Made by a program: the position numbers and the translations under genes
In this document: one piece after another, positions 24,001-36,000 of the stretch
Position numbering within the stretch: position 1 is the first letter of the stretch
How the letters are laid out: every line of letters begins with the position of its first letter
Notes under the pieces: generated by a model
Told to the model about the DNA's origin: nothing
The model's database searches: none
Seen by the model: only the letters and a program-made list of their open reading frames with translations
NCBI GenBank assembly: GCA_036570125.1
Contig: DATCPK010000068.1
Location: forward strand, 1-62,468
Reading direction: 5' to 3'
DNA length: 62,468 bases
DNA from: Candidatus Limnocylindria bacterium
GTDB taxonomy: Bacteria > Chloroflexota > Limnocylindria > P2-11E

Positions 24001-27000
24001 CACCGCCGTCGCCGTTACCGCCGTTGTCCGTCGACATGCCGCTCGCGAACGACCGCTCGCCCCCGACCTGATTGGTGACACCGTCGCCCGCGCTGCCGCC
24101 GCTGCTCGGATCCGCTGGGGCGGCGGCGGCGGACTCGTCCTGCGGCGCGCCTGCGGCCGACGCCTTCGCGGTCGCCGATGTCTCTGATGTTCCGTTCGCG
24201 ACGAGCATGACCGCGCCACCCGCGTTGAGGTTCCGCCAAAGCGTCGCCTCGGAGCGGTGGTTCGCGATCGTGAGCGCGAGCGAGACGCCGATCGCCGCGG
24301 TCTTGCCCTTCGCGTCTCCTTCGGCACTCGTGTTCGCTGACGCGGTCTGGTCCGTGGTCGCGCTGAACGCGCCGGTGATGACGAGCGGCGTCCCGACGCC
24401 AACGGTCGCCAGCGTCGTGATGTTCGAGATGACGATCGCAACGGACGGCACGACGGCGACCTTGCCGCCCGAGGCGCCGGTCTTCGCGTGCGTCGTCGCG
24501 TAGTGCGTGGTGCCGGCTGCGATCGTGAGCCTGCCGCCGCCCACGAGGGTCCCGAGGAGCTGCGCCGTCGTGGTGTCGTCGATCACAGCGACGGCCACAG
24601 ATGCGCCGATACCCACGGAGCCGGCGCCGATCGCGCCGCCGGTCGATTCGGACGGCAACGCGCTCGTGCTGGTCGTGGAGTCGGAGGCTGCTCGGATGGA
24701 CACATCGCCGGTGCCGGCGTTGAGCCAGCCTTCGAGCGATGCACCCGTCTGAATGTTTTCGATCTCGATGGCGACGGAACCCGCGATCCCGACCGCGCCG
24801 CCGCCGGCGCCGCTAGTCGCGGATGCGCCGAGTGCGTTCTGCGATGTCGTGAGCGCTTCGATGGTCGCGCCGTGCGCGCTCACGGTGCTGTCCGGGGGCG
24901 CCCTCGCTTCATTCGTGACGCGGACGTAGTTGATCGCGACCGCGACGCCGATCGAGACACCCGATGTCGAGTCAGTCGGCGAACCGCTCGAGCTGCCTGA
25001 TGTCGAATCCGCCGGCGCGCTCGAATCGCTCGGTGCGCTCGAGTCCCTCGGCGCCTGCACCGCGCTGCCGTCCGCGGTTGCGTGCGCGTTGGCGTGCGCA
25101 GAGCTCAAGAGCGAGAAGAGACCCGTCGCCGTGACGACGATGCCGTCGATCACCGCGCGGGCGATCACATTGGCGAGGTTGATCGCGACCGCCGCAGCGA
25201 CGGACACGCCGCCGTTGGAAGTCTTCGCCTCGGGCGTGTTCGCGCCATCGCCGGTCCCGCTGCCGCCGTTATCCGTCGACATGCCGCTCGCGAACGAACG
25301 CTCACCGGCGACCTGGTCGCTCACGCCGCTGGAGGCGTGACCCGTCGAATCGGTCGGGCCTGCTGCACCGGATTCGTCCTGCGGCGCGCCGGCGGCCGAT
25401 GCCTTCGCGGTGGCGGACGTGTCCGAGGATGCGTGCGCCGCGATGGTGACCGCGCCGACCGCGATCAGGTTCCGCGAGAGCGTCGCCTCTGCGCGGTGGT
25501 TCGCGATGGTGAGCGCGAGCGAGACGCCGATCGCCGCCGACTTGCCCTGCGCGTCGCCCTCGGCTGTGGTGTTCGCCGACGCGGTCTGGTCGGCCGTAGC
25601 GCTGAACGAGCCGCCGATGGTGAGCGCGCCGCCGCCGGAAACCGTCGCGAGCGTCGTGATGTTCGAGAGCGCGATCGCGACGGACGGCACCACGGCGACC
25701 TTGCCGCCGGATGCGCCGGTCTTCGCCCGAGTCGTCATGAGGTGGGTCGTTCCCGCGACGAGGGTGACGTTGCCGCCGCCGATGAGCGTTCCGGTGAGCT
25801 TGGCGGTCGTCGTGTCGTCGACGATCGCCACCGCGACCGATGCGCCGATACCCACGGAACCTGCGCCGATCGCGCCGCCGGTCGATTCGGACGGCAACGC
25901 GCTCGTGCTCGTGGTCGAGTCGGATGCGGCTCGGATGGAAACGTCGGCGGTCCCCGCGTCGAGCCAGCCCTCGAGGGAGGCCGACGTCTGGATGTTCTCG
26001 ATCTCGATGGCGACGGAGCCCGCGATCCCAACCGCGCCGCCGCCGGCACCGCTCGTCGCGGATGCCCCGAGTGAGTTCTGCGATGTCGTAAGTGCTTCGA
26101 TGGTCGCGCCGGTCGCGCTCACGGTGCTGTCCGGGGGCGCCCTCGCTTCGTTCGTGACGCGGACGTAGTTGATAGCGACGGCGACGCCGATCGAGACGCC
26201 CGATGTCGAATCGGTCGGTGAGCCGGTTGATCCGCCGGAGGTCGAGTCCGCCGGTGCGCTCGAGTCTCTCGGCGTCTGCACCGCGCTGCCGTCGGCGGTC
26301 GCGTGCGCGTTCGCGTGCGCCGAGCTCAAGAGCGAGAACAGACCGCCGGCGACCACGACGATGCCGTCGATGACCGCGCGTGCGATCGCCTGCACCAGGT
26401 TGATCGCCACCGCCGCCGCGACCGACACGCCGCCCGAAGACGTCTTCGCCTCTGGTGTATTCGCGGCGTCGCCTGTCCCGCTGCCGCCGTTGCTCGTCGA
26501 CATGCCGTTCGCGAACGAACGCTCTCCGGCGACCTGGTCGGTCACGCCGCTCGAGGCGTGTCCGGTCGAGTCGGACGGCGCCGCGGCGCCGGACTCGTCC
26601 TGCGGTGCGCCGGCCGCGGAGGCTTTCGCGATCGCGGACGTGTCCGAAGAACCGTTCGCGGCGAGCGTCACCGCGCCGGTCGCGGTCAGGTTCCGTTGGA
26701 GAAGCGCTTCGGTGATGTGGTTCGCGATCGTGAGCGCCAACGAGACGCCGATCGCCGCGGACTTGCCCTGTGCGTCGCCCTCGGCCGTCGTGTTCGCGGA
26801 TGCCGTCTGATCGGCGGTCGCGCTGAACGATCCGGTGATCACGAGCGGCGCGCCCGGCGTGACGCGCGCGATCGTCGTGACATTCGAGAGAGCGATGGCC
26901 ACGCTCGGCACGACCGCGACTTTGCCGCCCGACGCGCCGGTCTTCGCGTGCGTCGTCGCGAGATGCGTCGTGCTCGCCGCGATCGCGAGATCGTTCGCGC

Positions 27001-30000
27001 CGGTCAGCGTTCCGCTGAGCTCGGCGAGCGTGGTGTCGTCGATGATCGTGACCGCGACCGACGCGCCGATGCCGACGGAGCCGACGCCCGACACGCCCGC
27101 TCCCTCAGGAAGCGCGTCGGTGGTCGTTTCCGAGTCAGCCGTCGCGGTGATCGCGACGTCGCCACCACCCGCGATGAGCGTTCCCGCGATTTGCGCGGTC
27201 GTCTGGATGTTCTCGATGTCGATCGCGACGGATCCGGCGATGCCGACTGCGCCGCCGCCCGCGCCGCTGGTGGCGGAGGCGCCAAGCGTGTTCGTTCCGT
27301 CGTCGGTCATCACGGCCTCGATCGTCGCGCCGTTCGCGGTGACCGTCGCGCCCGCGGGGAGGATCGCCATGTTCGTGATGCGCACGTAGTTGATCGCGAC
27401 GGCCGCGCCGATCGTCACGCCGGACGACGACGAATCGCTCGGCGCGCCTGCGCTCCCGGTGCCGCCGGAGCCCGAATCGAACATGCCGCTCGAGCCGTCA
27501 TCCTCGTCGCTCTCGTCTTCGTCGACGCCGAAGATCCCGGCGGGCGTGTTGCCCACGCCGCCGCGCTCGGAGTCGGCGGCGTCGGTCTCGTCGGCCGCGT
27601 TCTCCGCGGCAGCCGACCGGCCTGCGCTTCCGTCCGCCGTCGCCTGCGCGCTGGTGAGTGCGGAGCTCGAGAGCGTGAAGAGGCCGCCGGCGTGGATCGT
27701 GATCACGCCGATCGTCGCGAGCGAGATGGTCTTCGCGAGGTTGATCGCGACCGCGGCCGCGACGTTCACGCCGCCGCCCGAGGTCGATGCCGCGGGCGTG
27801 CTCTCGGCGTCGCCCGAACCATCGCCGCCGTTCGCGACGGAGGTCTGCGATGCGAATCCGCGCTCGTGCTCCACCTGATCGCTCACGCCGTTGCCGGGGT
27901 TACCGCCACCGGACTCGTCCTGCGGTGCGCCCGCCGCCGATGCGACCGCGCTCGCCGAGGTGTCCGACGAGGCATGCGCGCTGAGCGAGACCGCGCCGCC
28001 CGCGTCGAGGTCGCGGTAGAGCGTGGCCTCGGTGCGGTGGTTGGCGATCGTGAGCGCGAGCGAGACGCCGATCGCAGCGCTCGAGCCCTGCGCCGAACCT
28101 TCCGCGCTCGTGTGAGCAGATGCGGTCTGGTCGGCGCTCGCCGTGAACTCGCCGTCGATGTCGAGCGCGTCGCCGGCGCCGACGGTCGCGATCGTTGTGA
28201 TGTTCTCCAGGGCGATCGCGACGGACGGAACGATCGCGACCTTGCCGCCCGCGGCGCCCGTCTTCGCGTTGGTGTTTGCGAGGTGCGTCGTCAATGCGGC
28301 GATCTCGAGGTCGTTGCCGTTCTGCAGCGTTCCGATGAGCTCGGCGACCGTGAGGTCATCGATGAGCGCGACCGCGACCGATGCGCCGATGCCAACGCTC
28401 TTCGCGCCGGTGACGCCACCGGTCGCCGCGGCCGGGAGCGCCTCGGTCAGGGACTCTGCATTCGAAGCCGCCGCGATCTTCACGTCGCCGCTCCCCGCAT
28501 CGAGCGAGCCCGCGAGTGACGCGACGGCGTGGCTGTTCTCGATGTCGATCGCGACCGAGCCCGCGATCCCGACGGCGCCGCCGCCCGCGCCACTCGTCGC
28601 CGAGGCGCCGCGTGCGGAGAGGCCGTCGTCGGTGACGACCGCTTCGATCGTCGCGCCCTGCGCGTGGACCGTCGCGCCCGCCGGCAGCGTCGCGTCATTC
28701 GCGGTGCGCGCGTAGTTGATCGCGACCGCCGCACCGATCGAGACACCCGAGGTCGAGTCGGTAGGCTGCACGGCGCTACCGTCCGCGGTCGCCTGCGCGT
28801 CGGTGTCGGCTGAGCTCGAGAGAGTGAAGCGACCGATCGCGTGCACGACGATTTGGCCGATCGTCGCGCCTGCTGTTTCCTTCGCGAGGTTGATCGCGAC
28901 CGCGGCTGCGACATCGACACCACCGCCGCTGGTCGATGCGCTTGGCGTGCTTGCGGCGCCGCCTGAACCGTCGCCGCCATTCGCCACGGACGTGTCGTTC
29001 GCGAACGTCCGCTCGCGTCCGACCTGCTGATCGACGCCGTCGCCGGCCTGCCCGCCCTCGGTGCTCCCCTGCGGAGCGCCCGCGGCGGACGAGCGCGCGG
29101 TCGCCGAGCTACCCGACGCGCTGTGCGCGCCGATGGTGACGTCAGCGCCCGCGTCGATGTCGCGCAGGAGTGTCGCTTCCGCGCGGTGGTTCGCGATGGT
29201 GAGCGCGAGCGATACCCCGATCGCGGCGGACGAACCCTCGGCGTCGCCGAACGCCGTCGTGTGCGCGGACGCGTTCTGGTCCGCGGTCGCGCTGAAGCTT
29301 CCGGTGATGGTGAGAGCGGCGCCCGCGCCGACCGTCGCCGTCGTGGTGACGTTCGAGAGCGCGATCGCGACCGAGGGAACGACCGCGACCTTGCCGCCGG
29401 CGGCGCCGGTCTTCGCAGCCACCGTCGCTTCGTGCTTCGTCGACGCGGCGAGAGCCAGGTTGCGCCCGCCGGTCACGGTGCCGGAGAGGTCCGCGGTGGT
29501 CTTGTCATCGATCAGGGCGACGCCGACCGACGCGCCGATGCCCACCGAGCCCACGCCGGTGACGCCCGCGCCCGTCGGCATCGCTTCGGTCGCGCTCGTC
29601 GTGTTCGACGCGGCCGCGATGCGGATGTCGCCCGTGCCTGCGTGCAGCGTGCCCGCGAGCGATGCGCTCGTGTTGATGTTCTCGATCTCGATCGCGACGG
29701 ATCCTGCGATGCCGACCGCGCCCCCGCCGGCGCCGCTCGTCGCGGACGCGCCGAGCTCGTTCTGCGAGCCCATGAGCGCTTCGATCGTCGCGCCGTTCGA
29801 GTCGACCGTCGCGTGCTGCGGCAGTACGGCCTCGTTGGTGATCCGGGCGTAGTTGATCGCGACGCCCGCGCCGATCGATGCGCCCGTCGTCGGATCGGCC
29901 GGCGCTCCGGCGCCACCGCTCGTGTCGCTCGGGTCGCTCGCATCGCCCGCGCCGCGCGTGGCACTGCCGTCGGCCGTCGCGTGCGCGTCGCTATCGGTGG

Positions 30001-33000
30001 ACGTCGAGAGGATGAACCGGCCGCCCGCGATCACGTGGATATCGCCGATCGTCGCGCGCGACTCCGTCTTCGCGAGGTTGATGCCGACCGCTGCCGCGAC
30101 CGACACGCCGCCACCCGACGTCTTCGCGGCCGGAGTGCTCGCGGCGCCCGAGGTGCCGCTTCCGCTGTTGTCGGTCGACGTGTTCGCCGCGAACGTGCGC
30201 TCGCGCGCGACCTGCTGATCGACGCCGTCGCTGGGCTGCCCGCCTTCGGTCGAATCGCCGGGCGCGCCCGCGGCGCTCGCCTTCGCGGTCGCGTCGCTGT
30301 CCGACGAGCCGTGCGCGCGGAGCGCGACCGAGCCATCCGCCGTGATGTCGCGGTCGAGGGTCGTCTCGGTCTGGTGATTCGCGATCGTGAGCGCGACCGA
30401 CGCGCCGATCGCCGCGGTCTTGGCCTTCGCGCTGCCCTCGGCCGTCGTGCTCGCGGACGCGGTCTGGTCCGCCGTCGCATAGAAGCTCCCGGAGATGTCG
30501 AGCGCCGTGCCGCCCGAGACCGTCGCGTTCGTGGTGACATTCGAGAGCGTGATGGCGACGCTCGGCGTGATCGCGACCTTACCCGCCGCGCCTGTCTTCG
30601 AGTGCGTCGTCGTCGCGTGCGTCGTGCTCGCAACGAGCGTGAGGTCGTGACCGCCGTCGATCGTGCCGGTGATCTCGGCGGTCGTCGTGTCGTCGACGAT
30701 CGCGAGCGCGACCGATGCGCCGATCCCGGTCGGACCTTCGTCGGGCGCGGGCTGCGGGATGTTGATGCGGACGCGCCACACACCGCGGCCCTGCGTGCCG
30801 ATGTAAAGGTCGAACGAATTCGCGGTCAGGTGATCGAAGTACGCGAATTCCGGACGCGACAGGTTCGGCACACCCGAGACATCCGACGTCAACGGATCGG
30901 TAATGAGCGTCCAATTCTTACCCGCGTCGACGCTGAGGAACACACCAGAGTCGCGGCCGCCGGCCACGACGTTGTTCGGATCCTTCGGGTCGAACGCGAC
31001 GAGCGATGGCTGCGGGTAGCCGAGGACGCCATTGAATCCGGTGATCGGCGAGATCGTGCTGAAGTTCCCGAACCCGCGCTGCGTCGTGTAGCGGAACGCG
31101 CCGTTGCCGGTCATGAGCGTGTCGAGCTCCGGATCCGTGTTCCAGGTCAGACCGGCATCGGTCGAGAAGACCATTCGCGGACCGGTCGCGCTCATGTTCG
31201 ATGCGTAGAGGCGGCTCGAGTTGCTCGCGTCGACCGCGAAGATGCCGACGCCGCCGGCCTGTCCGTCGGTGTTGTCGACCTGCGTCCACGCTCCACCCGC
31301 GGTCGCGCCGGTGTAGCGCCAGAGCTGGTCGCCGTTCGTGCCCATCGTCCGCTCGTTGCAGATGCCGGCCTGGATGTAGAGGGTCGGCGTGCCTGGGCGG
31401 CCCGCGGTGTCCGCGACGGTCACTGCGCACGCATTCGCCGGGCTCCCGGGAAGCGGCGTCCAGATGACGGGAGTCGCGGTGATGTCGGTCGTCACGTAGA
31501 CGCCGCTCGACGTGAGGATCACGTACTGCTTATCCGCGAGCCGACCGATCGCCTCGCTCGCGCGGAAGCCGACGATCTGACCCGGCGGCTGCGACGCGGC
31601 GGGGAGCTGACCCGCACCCGCGAGACCAGGACCGCTCATGAAGAGGACGGTCTGTCCTCCGTAGCAGCACGAGGTGTAGAGGACGCGGTTGGCGTCGGCC
31701 GAGAAGTCGAACACGTCGCAGCAGTCCGGGTTCTGCCATGTCGGGGTCGCGGCACCGGCGTTCGTCGTTCCCCACGAGCCGTCGTCCTGCACGCCGAAGT
31801 AGAGGTCCTCGGCCAGAGCGCCGGGACGGTGGACGCCGGCCACCGCGAGCAGCCACAGCGCGTGCGGTGTCGTGATCGGCTGCTCGAACTTCGGGTTCTG
31901 GCAGTCGGCGCCGGCGTCGGTGTTGCGATACACGCCGCCGTCCGACGCGAGGATCTTCGGGCATGCGTCGGTCGCGGCCTGCGTGTCGAACACGAGATCG
32001 CCGAGGTCGTCGTGCGCGCCCTGCGTCGCGGGCGCCGGCAGCGCCGCACGGAACCGCGTGAATGGGCCGACCCAGGTGTTCGCGGTCGGGCATCGCGGGC
32101 CCGCGATGAACGAGGTGCAGCCGGCGCGGAAGAGGCTCACATCGCCGAACCACAGATCGAACACGTTGTTCGCGCCGACGTTGGCGCGCTGGTTCGTCAC
32201 GACGAACGGAATGCGTCCCTGCTGGTTCGCGCCGGCGACGTTGAACTCACGCGACCACGTGACGCCCGCGTCATCCGACTCGAAGAGGCGCAGGCCGCTC
32301 ACCGCGAAGATCACGTTCGGTTCGTCCGGCGAGACCGCGATCGAGCACGGCCCAAGCGGCAGGCCGCCGGAGCCGATCGCGCCGCCGATCCACGTCGCCC
32401 CGCCGTCGGTGGAGCGGAAGTGGCCGTCGTCGCCGCAGATGTCGACGATGCCGTTCGCGCCGCCGCTCTGTACGACGATGTCCCACACGTCGCTCGCGGG
32501 CGTGAGCGGTGTCGGGTCGACGAAGTGCCACGTCACGCCGGAGTCGTTGCTGATCGCGACGCCGCAGTCGGTGCCGATGAAGACGTTGTTCGGCGCGTCG
32601 GGACGGATACCGATCCCCATCGCCGAGGGCTCGCTGATGTTCGCCGCTGGGCAGTTGAACCCACCGGCCGGCGTGGCGGTCGCGGGATGCGTCCATGTCG
32701 TCCCGCCGTCGGTGCTCACGTTGATGCCGGCGATGCTCGCGACCCGGCCGTCGTAGAACGACGTCGCGTACACACGCTGGATGTTGCTCGGGTCGACCTC
32801 GACGTCCCACGTCGCGAGCGGCTTGTGCCCGGAGAGGAACGTCCAGTGCTGGCCGCCGTCGATCGTCTTGTAGATGCCGCCCCACTCCGTCGCCGCGTAG
32901 AAGATCAGGTTGTTGCCGGCGACCGACGCGAGGTTGTTGACGCGGCCGCCCGACGCGCCGTCGGGGTCCGTCGAATCGCTGGGCGACGAGCTCGGGTTGA

Positions 33001-36000
33001 TGTCCGTGAAGCCGCCCACCGTGAACGGCGGAGGCGTCGGCGCGGCCGCCGGGTTGTGAACGATCTCGGCGGGCAGCGCGGTGACGTCGCCCGACGTGTT
33101 CGACGCGGCGAAGATCACGATGTTGCCCGTCCCGGCGTGGAGCGTCCCGGCGACGGATGCGGTCGTCTGGATGTTCTCGATGTCGATCGCGACCGAGCCA
33201 GCGATGCTGAGCGAGCCGCCGCCGGCGCCGCTCGTCGCCGATGCGCCGAGCTCGTGCGTCGAGGCCATGCGCGCTTCGAGCGTCGCGCCGTTCGCGGTCA
33301 CCGTCGCGCCGGTCGGAAGGATCGCCTCGTTGCGAATGCGCGCGTAGTCGATCGCCACGCCCGCTCCGATCGACACACCGGTCGTCGAATCGACGGGAGC
33401 GCCCGCGCCGCCCGTGGAGTCGGCGGGCGCGCTCGAGTCGACCGCGTTGCGGACCGCCTGGCCGTCGGCCACGGCGTGCGCGTCGGTTTCGGCGGAGGTC
33501 GAGAGCGTGAAGCGACCGACCGCGTTGACCACGACCGCGCCGATCGTCGCGAGCGAGCTGGTCTTGGCGAGGTTGATCGCGATCGCGGCCGCGACGGAGA
33601 TGCCGCCCGCCGATGTCGCGGCGTGCGGGGTGGCGTCGGCGCCGCTCGCGCCGCTACCGCCCGTCGTGCTGTCGGTCGCGCTCGCGAAGCTGCGCTCCTT
33701 CTGGACCGTTTGATCCACGCCATCGCCTGAGCTTCCACCGCCGGACGCGTCCCCCGGCGCGCCGGCGGCAGAAGCGGTCGCGGTTGACGAGGTGTCCGAG
33801 GACCCGTGCGCGGCGAACGTCACCGCCCCACCTGCGGTGAGGTCGCGCGCGAGTGTCGCCTCGGTGCGGTGATTGGCGATCGTGAGTGCGAGCGAGAACC
33901 CGACCGAGGCGCTCGCGCCCTTCGCGTCGCCCTCGGCGTTGGTCAGGGCAGACGCGGTCTGGTCGGCGGATGCTGCGAGCGATCCGCCGATCGTCATCGG
34001 CGAGCCCGTGCCGACCGCAGCTGTCGTGGTGATGTTCGAGAGCGCGATCGCGACGGCCGGGGCAATCGAGACGCCGCCGCCCGACGCGCCGGTCTGGGCG
34101 TCGGTGCTCATGTCGTCTGCGGCGCTCGCGCGAAGGGTCAGGTCGTGGCCGGTGATCGTCGCGCCGTCGGCGACCGAGGCGGTCGTCGTGTCGTCGACGA
34201 GGTTCAGGGCGACCGAGGCGCCGATGCCGAGCTTGCTCGCGCCGCTCACGCCGCCGTTCGCGGGGAGCGCCTTCGCGATCGACTGGGCATTGGAAGCCGC
34301 GGAGAGCTCGATCGAGCCCGCGCCTGCCGCGACCGTCCCGGTGACCGTCGCGTGCGTGTCGAGATGGACGATGTTGATGGCGAGCGAACCGGCGAAGCCG
34401 ACCTTGCCGCCCCCCGCACCCGAGGTCGCCGTGGCGCCGAAGTCGTGACGACCGTCGCCTGCAGCTGTGACCAGCGCCCGCACCGTTGTCGGACCGTTTG
34501 CCGTTCCGGCGACCGTGGCGGAGTTGGTGACCGTCGCGTAGTTGATCGCGACCGCTGCCCCGATGTTCGTGCCCGACGGGGGACCCCTCGCTGTGGTCGC
34601 GCTGCCGTCGGCGTTCGCCTTCGCGTCGGAGCTCGCCGAGGACCAGAAGCTCAGGCTTCCGGCGCTCACTGAGACGTCCGCGGGGAGGCTCGAGCTCGAC
34701 GAGGTCTTCAGAATGTTGATCGAGACCGCGGCCGCGACGCTGATCGCGCCGCTCGATGAGTTCGCAGGAGGCGTGGCCGGGGCCGAGTCGCCGCTCCCGC
34801 CGTTCGCTGAGCGCACGCCGGTCCCGAACGAACGCTGGCTGGCGACCTGTTGGTTCACGTCCGGCGTGCCGGACCCTTCGGCGGCCGCGCCGTTCGCGCT
34901 GGCCTTCGCGTCGGTCTCGGTCCCGGAGGCGCCCGATGCGCCGAACTCGACGCTGCCAGCGGTGGAGAAGCTGCTACGGGTGGTCGCCGTCACGGAGTGG
35001 TCGGCGATCCCGAGCGCGAGTGCCGCGCCCACGGAGGTGTTCGTGCCCTTGGCGTCGCCCTGGGCGTGAGTCGTCACTGGCGCCGACGAGTCGGTCGCGG
35101 TCGCGACGAGGTTGCCGGTCATGGCGAGCGAGACGCCCGTGCCGATCGACGCCTCGGTGCTGAAGCCCGAGTAGGTGAAGGCAACGACCGGGGTGATCGC
35201 GGTCCCGCCGGCGGCGCCGCCCTGGGCGGTGGTGGCGACGGTGCGGTCGCTCGTCGCGTCGAGCGTGAGGTCGTGCACCGTCACGGTCGACCCGTCCTCG
35301 AGCACCGCTCGCGTGTCGTCGTCAACGATGTGCACGGCGACCGAGGCGCCGATGCCGGTCTTCGCGCCGGAGGAGCTGTCCTCGGCGGCGGTGGCGGCGG
35401 CCGTGCTGTCGAGCGCCGAGTTCGCGACGAACCGCATGTCCGTCGTGGGCGAGCCGCTGACCGTCGCGTCGTGCTGGACCGATGCGGTGGTGTCGAGGCT
35501 GACGACGTTCACCGCAAGCGATCCGGCGAAGCCGACCTTCGTCGCGTCGCCGACGCCGGACGTCGACTGGGCCTCGAACGAGCCACGCGTCGGCGTGATG
35601 GCCTCGACGGTCACGCGGCTGGCATGCAGCGTGGCGCTCCCGAGCTGCGCGCTCGTCGTTACGTTCGCGAGGTTCACGGCGATGGCGACGCCCACGCCCG
35701 AGGCGCTCGAGTCGACCGGGCTGCCGTCGGCGATCGCCGACGAGCTCGCGGTCGACGCCGCGTGCACCTTCTGTTCGCCCGTCGTGGTGATCGAGAGCGC
35801 CGTGTCGCTGCCCACCTTCGCGCTGGTATCGCCGTGCAGGCGACTGAAGGAGAGGGCGCCGGCGTAGGTCAGGCTGCCCTCGCTCGTCCGCGCGTTACCG
35901 CCGGTGCGGTCGGACGGCGACTCGTCGTTATTCGTCGATCCACCGGGGCTCGCCTTCGACCAGCTCGTCACACGGCCATCCGAGTCCGCGGACACGGTCG

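Noticed and set aside
7271-28519. Other long plus-strand track ORFs inside the giant gene (7271..9847 at 858 aa, 17960..19897 at 645 aa, 21764..24187 at 807 aa, 26303..28519 at 738 aa, 9929..11359 at 476 aa, 20291..21694 at 467 aa)
   Set aside because: All are Arg/Asp/Gly/Ala-dominated shadow frames of the same coding region. None starts near an RBS or shows family motifs.
29123-33730. Track ORF of 1535 aa on the plus strand
   Set aside because: It has the same Arg-rich shadow composition. It overlaps the Asp-box propeller region, whose minus-strand translation shows seven clean SxDxGxTW motifs.
21100-35800. Regular repeats that might suggest a CRISPR array or an IS cluster
   Set aside because: The period is ~1.2 kb, not 60-80 bp. 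The repeats are in-frame coding modules of one ORF. I saw no short direct repeats with unique spacers, and no cas or transposase genes.
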